Notes: generated by a model not told the origin, from the sequence alone. A stretch of 32,000 nucleotides of DNA from Haloferax volcanii DS2 (GCF_000025685.1 NC_013967.1:2460001-2492000), one strand, 5' to 3'. Positions 8,305-17,526 are shown, counted from the stretch's first letter. Program-made: numbers and translations.

Positions 8305-8568
8305 ATGGAGTGGAAGCTGTTCGCCGACCTCGCGGAAGTCGCCGGCTCGCGCACCGTTCGGGTCGACGTCGACGGCGACGCGACCGTCGGCGACGCGCTC
8401 GACGCCCTCGTCGGGGCGCATCCGGCGCTCGAATCGCGGGTGTTCGGTGACGACGGCGAACTGTACGACCACATCAACGTCCTCCGGAACGGCGAGGCGG
8501 CCGCGCTCGGCGAGGCGACCGCCGCCGGCGACGAACTCGCGCTGTTCCCGCCGGTCAGCGGCGGCTAG
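8305..8568 (+). CDS. samp1: Ubiquitin-like small archaeal modifier protein SAMP1 (MoaD/ThiS beta-grasp, C-terminal Gly-Gly)
   Basis: The 87-aa product MEWKLFADLAEVAGSRTV...LALFPPVSGG ends in the diglycine needed for E1-type activation and matches my recollection of Haloferax volcanii SAMP1. An in-frame ATG at 8278 would add 9 residues. Confidence 0.9.
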   Translation: MEWKLFADLAEVAGSRTVRVDVDGDATVGDALDALVGAHPALESRVFGDDGELYDHINVLRNGEAAALGEATAAGDELALFPPVSGG

Positions 8569-8692
8569 CGCGCGGTCGTCCCCCCGACGCGGCGACGGTC
8601 ATCGGTTCTCGAAGCCTGACGGACGACCCGCGAGCGGCCGGTCCGTCAGTACGCGGGACGGGGGACGACGGCACGAGATGGAAGGGTGGGAG

Positions 8693-8743
8693 TAGAACAG
8701 CGGGACGGGAGAGAACTGGGTGAGATAGAACAGCGGGACGGGA
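8693..8743 (+). repeat. Two exact 18-nt direct repeats (TAGAACAGCGGGACGGGA), 33-nt period, in a purine-rich tract
   Basis: Copies at 8693-8710 and 8726-8743. A third partial GCGGGACGGG lies at ~8652-8661. The + strand of 8681-8778 is about 80% purine by my count. Confidence 0.8.
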
Positions 8744-8822
8744 CGCGATAACGCGAGAGAGAACGGAACGGAGAGACGCGTCGCGGTCGGTCGCGAAGCG
8801 GGAAGGCGAGTTTCGGTCCGAG

Positions 8823-9668
8823 TTACTCGCTCGGGCGCGGCAGCGCCGTAAACAGCGTCTCGACGATGGAGAAGGGGTCGTAGACGGACTGGTGACACTG
8901 GCAGTAGACGCCGTCTTCGCCGCCGAACGTGGCGGAGCTGGCCGCCTGCTTGTAGCCGGGGACACAGCAGAAGTGCGTACACTTGTTGAGCCACGCGATG
9001 ACGCCCTGGTCCGTCGAGGCGGCGAGCCACTCGTTGTCCTGTGCGGCCTCCTCGATGCGCGTCGAACGGAGCACCTGAATCGGCATCGTGTCCTCGGTGT
9101 CCTGCGAGCGCCACGTCCCGGTCGCGGGCATTCCGAGACCGGCCTGCCCGATGCCGTTGCCCCACGTCTCGTACTCGTCGAAGTCGTTGACGTTCAGGCG
9201 GTCGCCGGCGCTGTAGGTCTCGGACTGCCAGTCGTAGGCCCCGTTGTCGGAGCGGAAGTAGTTGTCCGACTCGAACGTCGGGTTCAGCCCGTCGTAGGTC
9301 TGGACGCCGCAGTACTGGAACCAGTCCTGCGAGTAGGTGACGCCGGTTCCCTGGTAGTCCTCGGTGATGGCGAGTTCGACTTCCACACCGTTCTGGGTGA
9401 CGGTCTGAACCTCGGGCCAGACGCCTCTGATGTAGCCCTCGTCGTCGATTTCAATCGGAATCTGTGGCATACCGCGCGGTGCGGGACCGCCGGTGTTCTC
9501 GATGGCGTACGCCTGCGTCGGACCGCCACCGGACCCGGTGGACGACGTTGCGCTGTTGACGGCGGCCGCGCCTGTCGTTCCCACGCCCGCGAGCGCCGCT
9601 CCCCCGACGACGCCCTTGACGAACCGACGGCGACCCGAATCGGCGGGGTACTTGTCGCTATCGCTCAT
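8823..9668 (-). CDS. Tat-exported Rieske [2Fe-2S] protein (bc-type cluster motifs)
   Basis: 'CTHFCCVPGY' and 'CQCHQSVYDPF' fit the CxH...CxxH Rieske boxes, with the extra Cys pair typical of bc1/b6f-type proteins. Twin-arginine signal 'SGRRRFVKGVVGGAALAGVG'. Start trimmed to ATG 9668 (MSDSDKY), 27 nt from CTTTTAC. Confidence 0.85.
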   Translation of the reverse strand: MSDSDKYPADSGRRRFVKGVVGGAALAGVGTTGAAAVNSATSSTGSGGGPTQAYAIENTGGPAPRGMPQIPIEIDDEGYIRGVWPEVQTVTQNGVEVELAITEDYQGTGVTYSQDWFQYCGVQTYDGLNPTFESDNYFRSDNGAYDWQSETYSAGDRLNVNDFDEYETWGNGIGQAGLGMPATGTWRSQDTEDTMPIQVLRSTRIEEAAQDNEWLAASTDQGVIAWLNKCTHFCCVPGYKQAASSATFGGEDGVYCQCHQSVYDPFSIVETLFTALPRPSE

Positions 9669-9691
9669 ACATTCACCTTCGACCCAGCCAG

Positions 9692-9698
9692 TAAAAGC
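9692..9698 (-). promoter_or_regulatory. TATA-like element (CTTTTAC on minus strand) for the Rieske gene
   Basis: Centred 27 nt upstream of ATG 9668. Confidence 0.45.
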
Positions 9699-9848
9699 GT
9701 GACGAATCAACCGTGTTAGTGCGCCCGACGAACCGGCCGCCCGCGAGGGGGTGCGGCCGGCCGAGCGACCGAGTGAAAAACTGGACGAACTATTAGAAAC
9801 GTTCGTTGAGGAATCGTCTCCGGGCAAATTTTCGGCGTTACTCGTGGC

Positions 9849-9857
9849 CTTTTAGAA
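9849..9857 (+). promoter_or_regulatory. TATA-like element (CTTTTAGAA) for ppc
   Basis: Centred 28 nt upstream of ATG 9881. Confidence 0.5.
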
Positions 9858-9880
9858 TGTGGTACTCGTATTCGAGTAGG

Positions 9881-12574
9881 ATGCGATTGCACACCAGAGA
9901 CGTGCGGCAAGACGTTCGCGAGCTGGGGGCACTGCTCGGTGACGTGCTCGAAGCGCAGACGTCGACGGCGTCGTTCGAGACGGTCGAAGAGCTTCGACAG
10001 GCGGCCATCTCCTACCGGAAGGGCGAGTCCGGGTCGCGCGAGCGGCTCTACGACGTGGTCGGCGACCTCGAACCGGAGCGCGAGAGCGTCGTCGCCCGCG
10101 CGTTCACGACCTACTTCGAACTCATCAACCTCGCCGAGGAGCGCGAGCGCGTTCGCGTCATCCGCGAGGCGTCCCAGGAGGGGACGCTCGAAGACGGCAT
10201 CCTCGACACGCTCGACGCGCTGGACGACGAGGAGGTCGACGAGGAGCTTCTGGGACGGGTCCTCGAAGACGTGCTCATCGAGCCGACGTTCACGGCCCAC
10301 CCGACCGAGGCCCGCCGGAAGACGGTGAAATCGAAGCTCCGCTCCATCGCCAACCGGCTGGAGACGCTCGACGAGCGCCGTCTCACCGACCTCGAACACG
10401 ACCAGGAGTGGCGGCACGTCGTCGCCGAGGTGACGAGCCTCTGGCAAACCTCGCAGGTCCGCGACCGCCGCCCGGAGCCGACCGACGAGGCCCGAAACGT
10501 CCAGTGGTACCTCGAAAACACGCTGTTCGACGTGGTCGGCGAGGTGTACGAGGAACTCGAAGAGGAGCTCCGCGCCGAGTACCCCGGCCTCGACGTGCCG
10601 AAGCTGTTCGAGTTCCGGTCGTGGGCCGGCTCCGACCGCGACGGCAACCCCTTCGTCACGCCCGAGGTGACCGAAGACACGCTCGAACGCCAGCGAAGCG
10701 TCGCCCTGGAAAAGTACAGCGACTCGCTCAAACGTCTCTCCGGTGTGCTGAGTCAGGACGCGACGCGAATCGACCCCGGCCACGAGCTCGAACGCTCGCT
10801 GAAGGCCGACCGCGAACACCTCCCCGTCGTCGCCGAGGAGGCCGACGAGCGCTACCCCAACGAGCCGTACCGCCAGAAGCTCAAGCTGATGCGCGAGCGG
10901 CTCCGCCGCGCCGAGGACGTCCGCCCGAACGGCTACGCCGACGCGAGCGAACTCATGGCCGATCTCGAGGTCGTCGACGCCAGCCTCCGGCGGACCGGCG
11001 CGGAGCAGGTCGCGGACGTGTACGTCGAGCCCCTGATGCGACAGGTCGACACGTTCGGCTTCACCCTCGCCAGCCTCGACCTCCGCGACCACCAGGAGAA
11101 CCACACCGAGGCCGTCCACGAGGCGCTGGCCCACGAGGGTCTCGACTACTACGGCAGTTCCGAACAGGAGCGCGTCGAACTCCTCACGGACGCGATTCTC
11201 CAGGAGGAGCCGGTCGTCGACCTCGAAGACCCCGGCGACGTGTCCGAGACGGCCGAGCGCGTCCTCCGCCGGTTCCGCAAGCTCGGCGAGTGGCAGCGCG
11301 AGTACGGCGTCGGCGCTATCGACACCTACTGCATCTCGATGACCGAAGAGCCGTCGCACGTCCTCGAAGTGCTGTTCCTCGCCGACCAAGCGGGCGTGGT
11401 CTCCCTGCCCGACCACTGCGGCATCGACGTGGTCCCGCTCCTCGAAACCGAGTCGGCGCTCAACGGCGCGCGCCGAATCATGGGCACGCTGTTCGAGAAC
11501 GAGGCCTACGGGACGGCGCTCGCCGCCCGCAACGACGTCCAGGAGATCATGCTGGGCTACTCCGACTCCAACAAGGAAAACGGCTTCCTCGCGGCCAACT
11601 GGGACCTCTACAAGAACCAGCGCCGCCTCGCGGACATCTGCGACGACTTCGACGTGACGATGCGGCTGTTCCACGGCCGCGGCGGCTCCATCTCCCGCGG
11701 CGGCGGCCCGATGAACGAGGCCATGCTCGCGCTCCCGAACGAGACCGTCACGGGGCAGATTAAGTTCACCGAACAGGGCGAGGCCATCGCCGAGAAGTAC
11801 GCCAACCCGCGCATCGCGGAGCGGAACCTCGAACAGATGCTCAACGCCCAGATTCGCGCCCGCCTGCAAGCGATTCGGACGCCCGAGGAGGAAGTCCCCG
11901 ACCGCTGGGTCGACGCCATGGACACCATGGCGGCCGCCGCGCGCGCGGAGTACCGCGACCTCCTCGAATCCGACGGCTTCGTCTCCTACTTCGAGCAGGC
12001 GACGCCCATCACCGTCATCGAGGAACTCAACCTCGGCTCCCGGCCGGCCTCCCGGTCCGACGAACGGAGCGTCGAGGACCTGCGGGCCATCCCGTGGGTG
12101 TTCTCGTGGACCCAGTCGCGGTGTATCCTCCCCGGCTGGTACTCGCTGGCCGCCGGCGTCAACGCCTTCCTCGAAGACGGCGGTGATATGGACGACCTCC
12201 GCGAGATGTACGACGAGTGGGCGTTCTTCCGCAGCACGTTCGACAACGCCGCGATGGCGCTGGCGCGCACCGACCTCGAAATCGCCACGGAGTACGCGAA
12301 CCTCGCCGACGAGGAGCTCCGCGAGGAGTTCTTCACCCGGCTCACCGAGGAATACGAGGACGCCGCGGACCTCATGCTCGACATCAGCGAGCGCAGCAGC
12401 CTCCTGAAGCGCGAGTGGCTCGAAGAGAGCCTCCGCCGCCGCAACCCCTACGTCGACCCGCTGAACCTGTTGCAGACCCACCTGCTGTCGCAGACCCACC
12501 GGACCGACGAGGAAGAACGGACCCTGCGGCTCACCGTCAAAGGCATCGCCGCCGGGATGAAGAACACGGGATAA
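9881..12574 (+). CDS. ppc: Phosphoenolpyruvate carboxylase (bacterial/plant-type Ppc)
   Basis: Length of about 897 aa and the PEPC signatures 'VLIEPTFTAHPTE', 'FHGRGGSISRGGGP', 'VFSWTQSRCILPGWY' and C-terminal 'GIAAGMKNTG'. Start trimmed from 9806 to ATG 9881 (MRLHTRDV). Confidence 0.95.
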   Translation: MRLHTRDVRQDVRELGALLGDVLEAQTSTASFETVEELRQAAISYRKGESGSRERLYDVVGDLEPERESVVARAFTTYFELINLAEERERVRVIREASQEGTLEDGILDTLDALDDEEVDEELLGRVLEDVLIEPTFTAHPTEARRKTVKSKLRSIANRLETLDERRLTDLEHDQEWRHVVAEVTSLWQTSQVRDRRPEPTDEARNVQWYLENTLFDVVGEVYEELEEELRAEYPGLDVPKLFEFRSWAGSDRDGNPFVTPEVTEDTLERQRSVALEKYSDSLKRLSGVLSQDATRIDPGHELERSLKADREHLPVVAEEADERYPNEPYRQKLKLMRERLRRAEDVRPNGYADASELMADLEVVDASLRRTGAEQVADVYVEPLMRQVDTFGFTLASLDLRDHQENHTEAVHEALAHEGLDYYGSSEQERVELLTDAILQEEPVVDLEDPGDVSETAERVLRRFRKLGEWQREYGVGAIDTYCISMTEEPSHVLEVLFLADQAGVVSLPDHCGIDVVPLLETESALNGARRIMGTLFENEAYGTALAARNDVQEIMLGYSDSNKENGFLAANWDLYKNQRRLADICDDFDVTMRLFHGRGGSISRGGGPMNEAMLALPNETVTGQIKFTEQGEAIAEKYANPRIAERNLEQMLNAQIRARLQAIRTPEEEVPDRWVDAMDTMAAAARAEYRDLLESDGFVSYFEQATPITVIEELNLGSRPASRSDERSVEDLRAIPWVFSWTQSRCILPGWYSLAAGVNAFLEDGGDMDDLREMYDEWAFFRSTFDNAAMALARTDLEIATEYANLADEELREEFFTRLTEEYEDAADLMLDISERSSLLKREWLEESLRRRNPYVDPLNLLQTHLLSQTHRTDEEERTLRLTVKGIAAGMKNTG

Positions 12575-12649
12575 CGCGACCGCGACGCCGACGCCCTCGG
12601 CCACCCGCCGAGGTCGACGCCGTCACCGTCGCCGCGCCGCCGGGACCGA

Positions 12650-12844
12650 CTAGGCCCGACGGAGGTCGTACGGGTTCGAACAGACCGGACAGGTCTGCCG
12701 CGCGACGCGATACTCGCTTTTCAACCGCTGTCTGACGCCGTCGAAGTCGGCGTCGCCCTCGTATCTCGATTCCACTTGCTGTCCGCAGTGTGGGCACACC
12801 ACCACCACCGTTGCCATATTCGACGGTACGGGCGAGTCCATCAT
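12650..12844 (-). CDS. Small zinc-finger protein (two CxxC knuckles: CPHCG / CPVCS)
   Basis: 55-64 aa with C-x2-C ... C-x2-C and an acidic composition. An ATATAT element overlapping ATG 12844 lies about 29 nt upstream of the internal ATG 12817 ([12 protein letters not shown]), so the shorter 55-aa leaderless form is plausible. Confidence 0.7.
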   Translation of the reverse strand: MMDSPVPSNMATVVVVCPHCGQQVESRYEGDADFDGVRQRLKSEYRVARQTCPVCSNPYDLRRA

Positions 12845-12991
12845 ATATGTTCACCCTGTTTGTGTCAGGGTCGCACGGCCCGCTCTATCAGGGATTCGTC
12901 GGTGACGAAGACGACACACAGCGGGCCGTTCGCGGCGAAAAATGAGGGTTCTCAGCGTCACCGGTATCGGTCAGGGTTGAGTCGACTCAGG

Positions 12992-13792
12992 TCAGGCGTG
13001 GTTCCACGGCGCTTCCTCGAAGTCGACGATGCGGTGGGTCGAATCGAGGTCGTCGATGGCGGCCACGTCCTCGTCGTCGAGGTCGAGGTCGAGCGCGGCG
13101 AAGTTGTCGCGGATGTGTTCGGGCGAGGCGGCCTTCGGGATGGGCGTCGCGCCCTTCTCGATGAGCCACGCGAGGGCGACCTGCGCGGGCGAGGCGTCGT
13201 GCTTCCCGGCGATGTCGACGATGACCTCCTCGTCGGCGACCTGATTGCGCGCGATGGGCGAGTAGGCGACCAGCCGGTGGTCGTGTTCCTCGGCGAACGC
13301 GCGGAGTTCGTCCTGCTGGAGCAGCGGATGCATCTCGACCTGGTGGGCGAACACCGGGGCGTCGAGGCTCTCGATAGCCGTTTCGAGTTGGTCGGGTCGG
13401 AAGTTGCTCAGGCCGATGTTGGCGATGAGTCCGTCCTCGTAGAGTTCGTCGAGGGCCGCGAGCGTCTCGTCTTCGTCGTAGCTATCGAGCGGCCAGTGGA
13501 CGTACAACAGGTCGATGGTCTCGACGCCGAGTTTCTCGGCGGACTCCCGTGCGGTCTCCAGTACGTCGTCGTAGCCGAGGTTGTCGGTGTCGAGTTTCGT
13601 CGCCACGAAGATGTCGTCGAGGTCAACGTCCGACTCGGCGAGACCCTCGCCGACGAACTCCTCGTTGTGGTACATCTGGGCCGTGTCGACGTGGCGGTAG
13701 CCAACGTCGAGGGCGGTCTTGACGGCCTCGACGCACTCGTCGCGGTCTTCGAGCTTGTACGTCCCGAAGCCGAGTCGCGGGAAGTCCTTCAT
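12992..13792 (-). CDS. Aldo/keto reductase
   Basis: 'LGFGTYKL', '[14 protein letters not shown]', 'DLLYVHWP', 'IGLSNF' and '[14 protein letters not shown]' are classic AKR blocks. Start trimmed from 14221 to ATG 13792 ([12 protein letters not shown]). Confidence 0.9.
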   Translation of the reverse strand: MKDFPRLGFGTYKLEDRDECVEAVKTALDVGYRHVDTAQMYHNEEFVGEGLAESDVDLDDIFVATKLDTDNLGYDDVLETARESAEKLGVETIDLLYVHWPLDSYDEDETLAALDELYEDGLIANIGLSNFRPDQLETAIESLDAPVFAHQVEMHPLLQQDELRAFAEEHDHRLVAYSPIARNQVADEEVIVDIAGKHDASPAQVALAWLIEKGATPIPKAASPEHIRDNFAALDLDLDDEDVAAIDDLDSTHRIVDFEEAPWNHA

Positions 13793-13879
13793 GGGCGAAC
13801 GATTGCGGGCGGGCGAGTCAAATCCTGCGGTTGCGGAAGTCGTGGACACACTTACCACCGGCCCGCCAGTGGTTGGGGT

Positions 13880-14437
13880 ATGCCCTCCGAGAAGGAGAAG
13901 ATGCTCGCGGGCGACTCGTACGACGCGAGCGACCCGGAACTCGTCGCGGAGCGAAAGCGCGCGCGGCGGCTCACGCGCCGGTTCAACGACACCGACGAGA
14001 CCCGAATCGAGCGCCGCGAGGAGCTGATTCGGGAGCTGTTCGGGGCGGTCGGCGAGTCGTTCGAAATCGAGCCGCCGTTCCGCTGCGATTACGGCTACAA
14101 CGTCCGCGTCGGCGAGGAGTTCTTCGCCAACTTCGACTGCGTCTTCCTCGACGTGTGTCCCATCACCATCGGAGACAACTGCCAACTCGGGCCGGGCGTC
14201 CACGTCTACACGGCGACCCACCCGGTCGACGCCGCGGAGCGAATCAAGGGCCCGGAGTCGGGCGAGCCGGTGACAATCGGTGACAACGCGTGGCTCGGCG
14301 GCCGCGCGGTCGTCAACCCCGGCGTCACCATCGGTGACGACGCGGTGGTCGCTTCGGGGGCCGTCGTCACAGATGATGTGCCCGATAGCGTCGTCGTCGG
14401 GGGGAACCCGGCGCGCGTCGTCAAGGAGTTGGACTGA
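13880..14437 (+). CDS. maa: Maltose/galactoside O-acetyltransferase (hexapeptide-repeat)
   Basis: Near-collinear with E. coli Maa as recalled: '[11 protein letters not shown]', 'FRCDYGYN', '[21 protein letters not shown]', '[10 protein letters not shown]', '[13 protein letters not shown]'. Only the 3' third of ORF 12776-14437 is genuine. Confidence 0.9.
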   Translation: MPSEKEKMLAGDSYDASDPELVAERKRARRLTRRFNDTDETRIERREELIRELFGAVGESFEIEPPFRCDYGYNVRVGEEFFANFDCVFLDVCPITIGDNCQLGPGVHVYTATHPVDAAERIKGPESGEPVTIGDNAWLGGRAVVNPGVTIGDDAVVASGAVVTDDVPDSVVVGGNPARVVKELD

Positions 14438-14586
14438 CGGGTCAAAGTGGAAAGCCGCGGCTAACCGTCAAGACGACCTCCCCCAGCACCAGACACTCAC
14501 AGCATCTGATAGTTCGTTCCCCGTCCGGCGATTCTGGAGAATTTCGGCGTATGCGGTCGTCTGGCACACGGTGTTGGCTCCGAAAT

Positions 14587-14596
14587 GGTTTTGAAG
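14587..14596 (+). promoter_or_regulatory. TATA-like element (GGTTTTGAAG) for the pyrG operon
   Basis: Centred about 26 nt upstream of ATG 14617. Confidence 0.45.
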
Positions 14597-14616
14597 TACG
14601 CTCGCACACGGTCAGT

Positions 14617-16266
14617 ATGCCGACGGACGAATACGACCCAGAGATGGGGCGCAAGTTCATTTTCGTAACCGGGGGTGTCATGTCCGGCCTCGGGAAGGGT
14701 ATCACGGCCGCGAGCACCGGCCGACTCCTGAAGAACGCCGGGTTCGACGTCACCGCGGTCAAGATTGACCCGTACCTGAACGTCGACGCCGGGACCATGA
14801 ACCCCTACGAACACGGGGAAGTGTACGTGTTGAAAGACGGCGCGGAAGTCGACCTCGACCTCGGGAACTACGAACGGTTCCTGGGTATCGACATGACCGC
14901 CGACCACAACATCACGACGGGCAAGACCTACCAGCACGTCATCCAGAAGGAGCGCGACGGCGACTACCTCGGGAAGACGGTCCAGATTATCCCGCACGTC
15001 ACGGAGGACATCAAGCGCCGCATCCGCGAGGCTGCCGAGGGCACCGACGTGTGTATCGTCGAGGTCGGCGGCACCGTCGGTGACATCGAGTCGATGCCGT
15101 TCCTCGAATCGCTCCGCCAGTTCGCCTCCGAGGAGGAAGACGGCGACGTGCTTTTCACCCACGTCACGCTCGTCCCCTACTCGAAGAACGGCGAGCAGAA
15201 GACGAAGCCCACCCAGCACTCGGTCAAGGAGCTTCGGAGCATCGGCCTCCAGCCGGACATCCTCGTCGGTCGCGCCGACGACAAACTCGAACCGGCGACG
15301 AAGAGCAAAATCGCGCAGTTCTGCGACGTGCCGGACGCCGCGGTGTTCTCCAACCCCGACGTGCCGGACATCTACCACGTCCCGCTGATGGTCGAAGAGG
15401 AGGGCCTCGACGAGTACGTCATGGAGCGCCTCGGCATCGCCGACGAGGCGCTACCGAAGGCAGAGCGCGACAACCGCTGGCGCGAACTCGTCACGGCCGA
15501 CCGAACCGGCTCGGTCGACATCGCGCTCGTCGGCAAGTACGCCCTCGAAGACGCCTACATGTCCATCCACGAGGCGCTCAAGCACGCGGGCATCGAGTGC
15601 GGCGTCGACGTGAACATCCTCTGGGTCGACTCCGACGAGATGCTCGACAAGCACGAAGAGCGCCTGAAGGACGCCGACGGCGTCGTCGTCCCCGGCGGCT
15701 TCGGCTCCCGCGGAACCGGCGGCAAAATCGAGGCCATCCGCTACGCCCGCGAGAACGACGTGCCCTTCCTCGGACTGTGTCTGGGCTTCCAGATGGCCGT
15801 CGTCGAGCAGGCCCGGAACGTCCTCGGCCACGAGGACGCACACTCGGCCGAACTCGACCCCGAGACGCCCTACCCGGTCATCGACCTCCTGCCGGAGCAG
15901 TACGAGGTCGACGAGATGGGCGGCACGATGCGCCTCGGCGCGCACGACACCGACATCGACGCCGGAACGCTCGCGGAGGCGGTGTACGGCGACACCTCCT
16001 GTACGGAGCGCCACCGCCACCGCTACGAAGTGAACCCCGAACTCATCGACGAACTCGAATCCGAGGGGCTTCGCTTCTCCGGCCGCGCCGAAAACCGCAT
16101 GGAGATTCTCGAACTGACCGACCACCCGTTCTTCTTCGGGACGCAGTTCCACCCCGAGTTCCGCTCCCGACCCGACCGCGCGAGCCCGCCGTTCCTCGGC
16201 TTCCTCCGCGCGGTCCTCGGCGAACTCGACGCGCGCGAACTCGGCAACGAAGAGGTGACAGCATAA
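14617..16266 (+). CDS. pyrG: CTP synthase
   Basis: '[17 protein letters not shown]', '[19 protein letters not shown]', 'GGTVGDIES' and the GATase part 'GLCLGFQ', 'RHRHRYEVN'. Start trimmed to ATG 14617. Confidence 0.95.
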   Translation: MPTDEYDPEMGRKFIFVTGGVMSGLGKGITAASTGRLLKNAGFDVTAVKIDPYLNVDAGTMNPYEHGEVYVLKDGAEVDLDLGNYERFLGIDMTADHNITTGKTYQHVIQKERDGDYLGKTVQIIPHVTEDIKRRIREAAEGTDVCIVEVGGTVGDIESMPFLESLRQFASEEEDGDVLFTHVTLVPYSKNGEQKTKPTQHSVKELRSIGLQPDILVGRADDKLEPATKSKIAQFCDVPDAAVFSNPDVPDIYHVPLMVEEEGLDEYVMERLGIADEALPKAERDNRWRELVTADRTGSVDIALVGKYALEDAYMSIHEALKHAGIECGVDVNILWVDSDEMLDKHEERLKDADGVVVPGGFGSRGTGGKIEAIRYARENDVPFLGLCLGFQMAVVEQARNVLGHEDAHSAELDPETPYPVIDLLPEQYEVDEMGGTMRLGAHDTDIDAGTLAEAVYGDTSCTERHRHRYEVNPELIDELESEGLRFSGRAENRMEILELTDHPFFFGTQFHPEFRSRPDRASPPFLGFLRAVLGELDARELGNEEVTA

Positions 16267-17183
16267 TGGTAAACGTAGACGAATTCATCGAAGACGCGAC
16301 CGCATCGATTCGCGACCAAATCGGCGACGAGCACGCCATCATCGCCCTCTCGGGCGGCGTGGACTCCTCGGTCGCCGCGACGCTCGCCTACGAGGCCGTC
16401 GGCGAGCAACTCACCCCGGTCTACGTCGACACCGGCCTGATGCGCAAAGGCGAGACCGAGCAGATTGCGGACACCTTCTCCTTCATGGAGAGCCTCCGCG
16501 TCGTCGACGCCCGGGACCGCTTTTTCGACGCCCTCGAAGGCGTCGTCGACCCCGAGGAAAAGCGCAAGGTCATCGGCGAGCAGTTCATCCGCGAGTTCGA
16601 GCGCGAGGCCAAAGAGACCGACGCCCAGTACCTCGTGCAGGGGACCATCTACCCCGACCGCATCGAGTCCGAGGGCAACATCAAGTCCCACCACAACGTC
16701 GGCGGCCTGCCGGACGTGGTGGACTTCGAGGGCATCGTCGAACCCGTCCGCGACCTCTACAAAGACGAGGTCCGCGAGGTCGCCCGCGCGCTCGGCCTCG
16801 AATCCATCATCGCCGAGCGGATGCCGTTCCCGGGGCCGGGGCTGGCGGTCCGCGTCCTCGGCGAAGTCACGCCCGAGAAGGTGCAGGTCGCCCGCGACGC
16901 GTGTCACGTCGTCGAAGACGAGACCGAAAAGCACGACCCGTGGCAGGCGTTCGCCGCCGTCATCGGCAAGGGCACCGGCGTCAAGGGTGACAACCGCGTC
17001 CACGGCTGGATTGTCTCCGTGCGCTCCGTGGAGTCGCGCGACGGCATGACCGCCCGCGCGCAGGAACTGCCATGGGACACCCTCCAGCGCATCCAGTCGC
17101 GCATCACCGGGACGAACGAGAACGTCGCCCGCGTCGTCTACGACGTGACCCACAAACCGCCGGCGACCATCGAGTACGAATGA
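16266..17183 (+). CDS. guaA: GMP synthase, ATP-pyrophosphatase subunit B (archaeal split GuaA)
   Basis: PP-loop '[10 protein letters not shown]', '[10 protein letters not shown]', '[10 protein letters not shown]' and C-terminal 'KPPATIEYE'. No GATase domain. The ATG overlaps the pyrG stop (TAATG). Confidence 0.92.
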   Translation: MVNVDEFIEDATASIRDQIGDEHAIIALSGGVDSSVAATLAYEAVGEQLTPVYVDTGLMRKGETEQIADTFSFMESLRVVDARDRFFDALEGVVDPEEKRKVIGEQFIREFEREAKETDAQYLVQGTIYPDRIESEGNIKSHHNVGGLPDVVDFEGIVEPVRDLYKDEVREVARALGLESIIAERMPFPGPGLAVRVLGEVTPEKVQVARDACHVVEDETEKHDPWQAFAAVIGKGTGVKGDNRVHGWIVSVRSVESRDGMTARAQELPWDTLQRIQSRITGTNENVARVVYDVTHKPPATIEYE

Positions 17184-17500
17184 CGACGGCAGTCGTCGCG
17201 GGGGCGGACCCCGACGGACTCGGTGAAGCGCTCGAAGACGAGGGCGCGACGGTCGTCCGCGTCGCCGGCATCGCCTCCGCCGACTCCCTCAGCGAGGCCG
17301 GCATCGAGGACGCCGACCTGCTCGTGCTCACCGACATGGACGACGCGACGGCCATCGCGGTGGCCAAAGAGCAGAACCCCGACGTGCGCGTCGTGACCTA
17401 CGCCTACGACACCCTTCCGGAGTTCGCCAAGGGACAGGCCGACCTCGCCATCGACCCGAACCTGCTCGCGGTCGACGTGGTCGCCGAAGAACTCGTCTGA
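17180..17500 (+). CDS. Small conserved acidic protein, Rossmann/TrkA-N-like, function unknown
   Basis: 106-aa ORF ([15 protein letters not shown]...) whose ATG overlaps the guaA stop (ATGA). The beta-alpha-beta pattern lacks a clear GxGxxG. GC-rich third positions. Confidence 0.75.
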   Translation: MTTAVVAGADPDGLGEALEDEGATVVRVAGIASADSLSEAGIEDADLLVLTDMDDATAIAVAKEQNPDVRVVTYAYDTLPEFAKGQADLAIDPNLLAVDVVAEELV

Positions 17501-17526
17501 GACGGTCTGGGATTCCTGACCGTCTC
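17499..17526 (+). terminator. Hairpin (9-bp perfect stem GAGACGGTC/GACCGTCTC, 10-nt loop) followed by a T-rich tract
   Basis: The stem begins inside the stop codon of the last operon gene. Downstream is 'ctttctttc', followed by the AT-richest DNA of this region. Archaeal termination is usually T-tract driven, so the role of the hairpin is inferred. Confidence 0.45.

Noticed and set aside
9716-12604. 962-aa ORF on the minus strand covering the whole ppc locus
   Set aside because: It is exactly antisense to a gene with unmistakable PEPC signatures. The product is Gly/Arg/Val/Ala-rich with no motifs. This is a typical stop-poor antisense frame in high-GC DNA.
12672-12681. GGGTTCGAAC, reminiscent of a tRNA T-arm/loop
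   Set aside because: It lies inside the small zinc-finger CDS, and there is no acceptor or anticodon-stem complementarity around it. I found no tRNA-like cloverleaf anywhere in the window.
12978-12989. Perfect 12-nt palindrome TGAGTCGACTCA just downstream of the aldo-keto reductase stop
   Set aside because: It has no loop, so it is not a useful hairpin. It is short, contains a common GTCGAC core, and is not repeated elsewhere in the window. Insufficient to call a terminator or operator.
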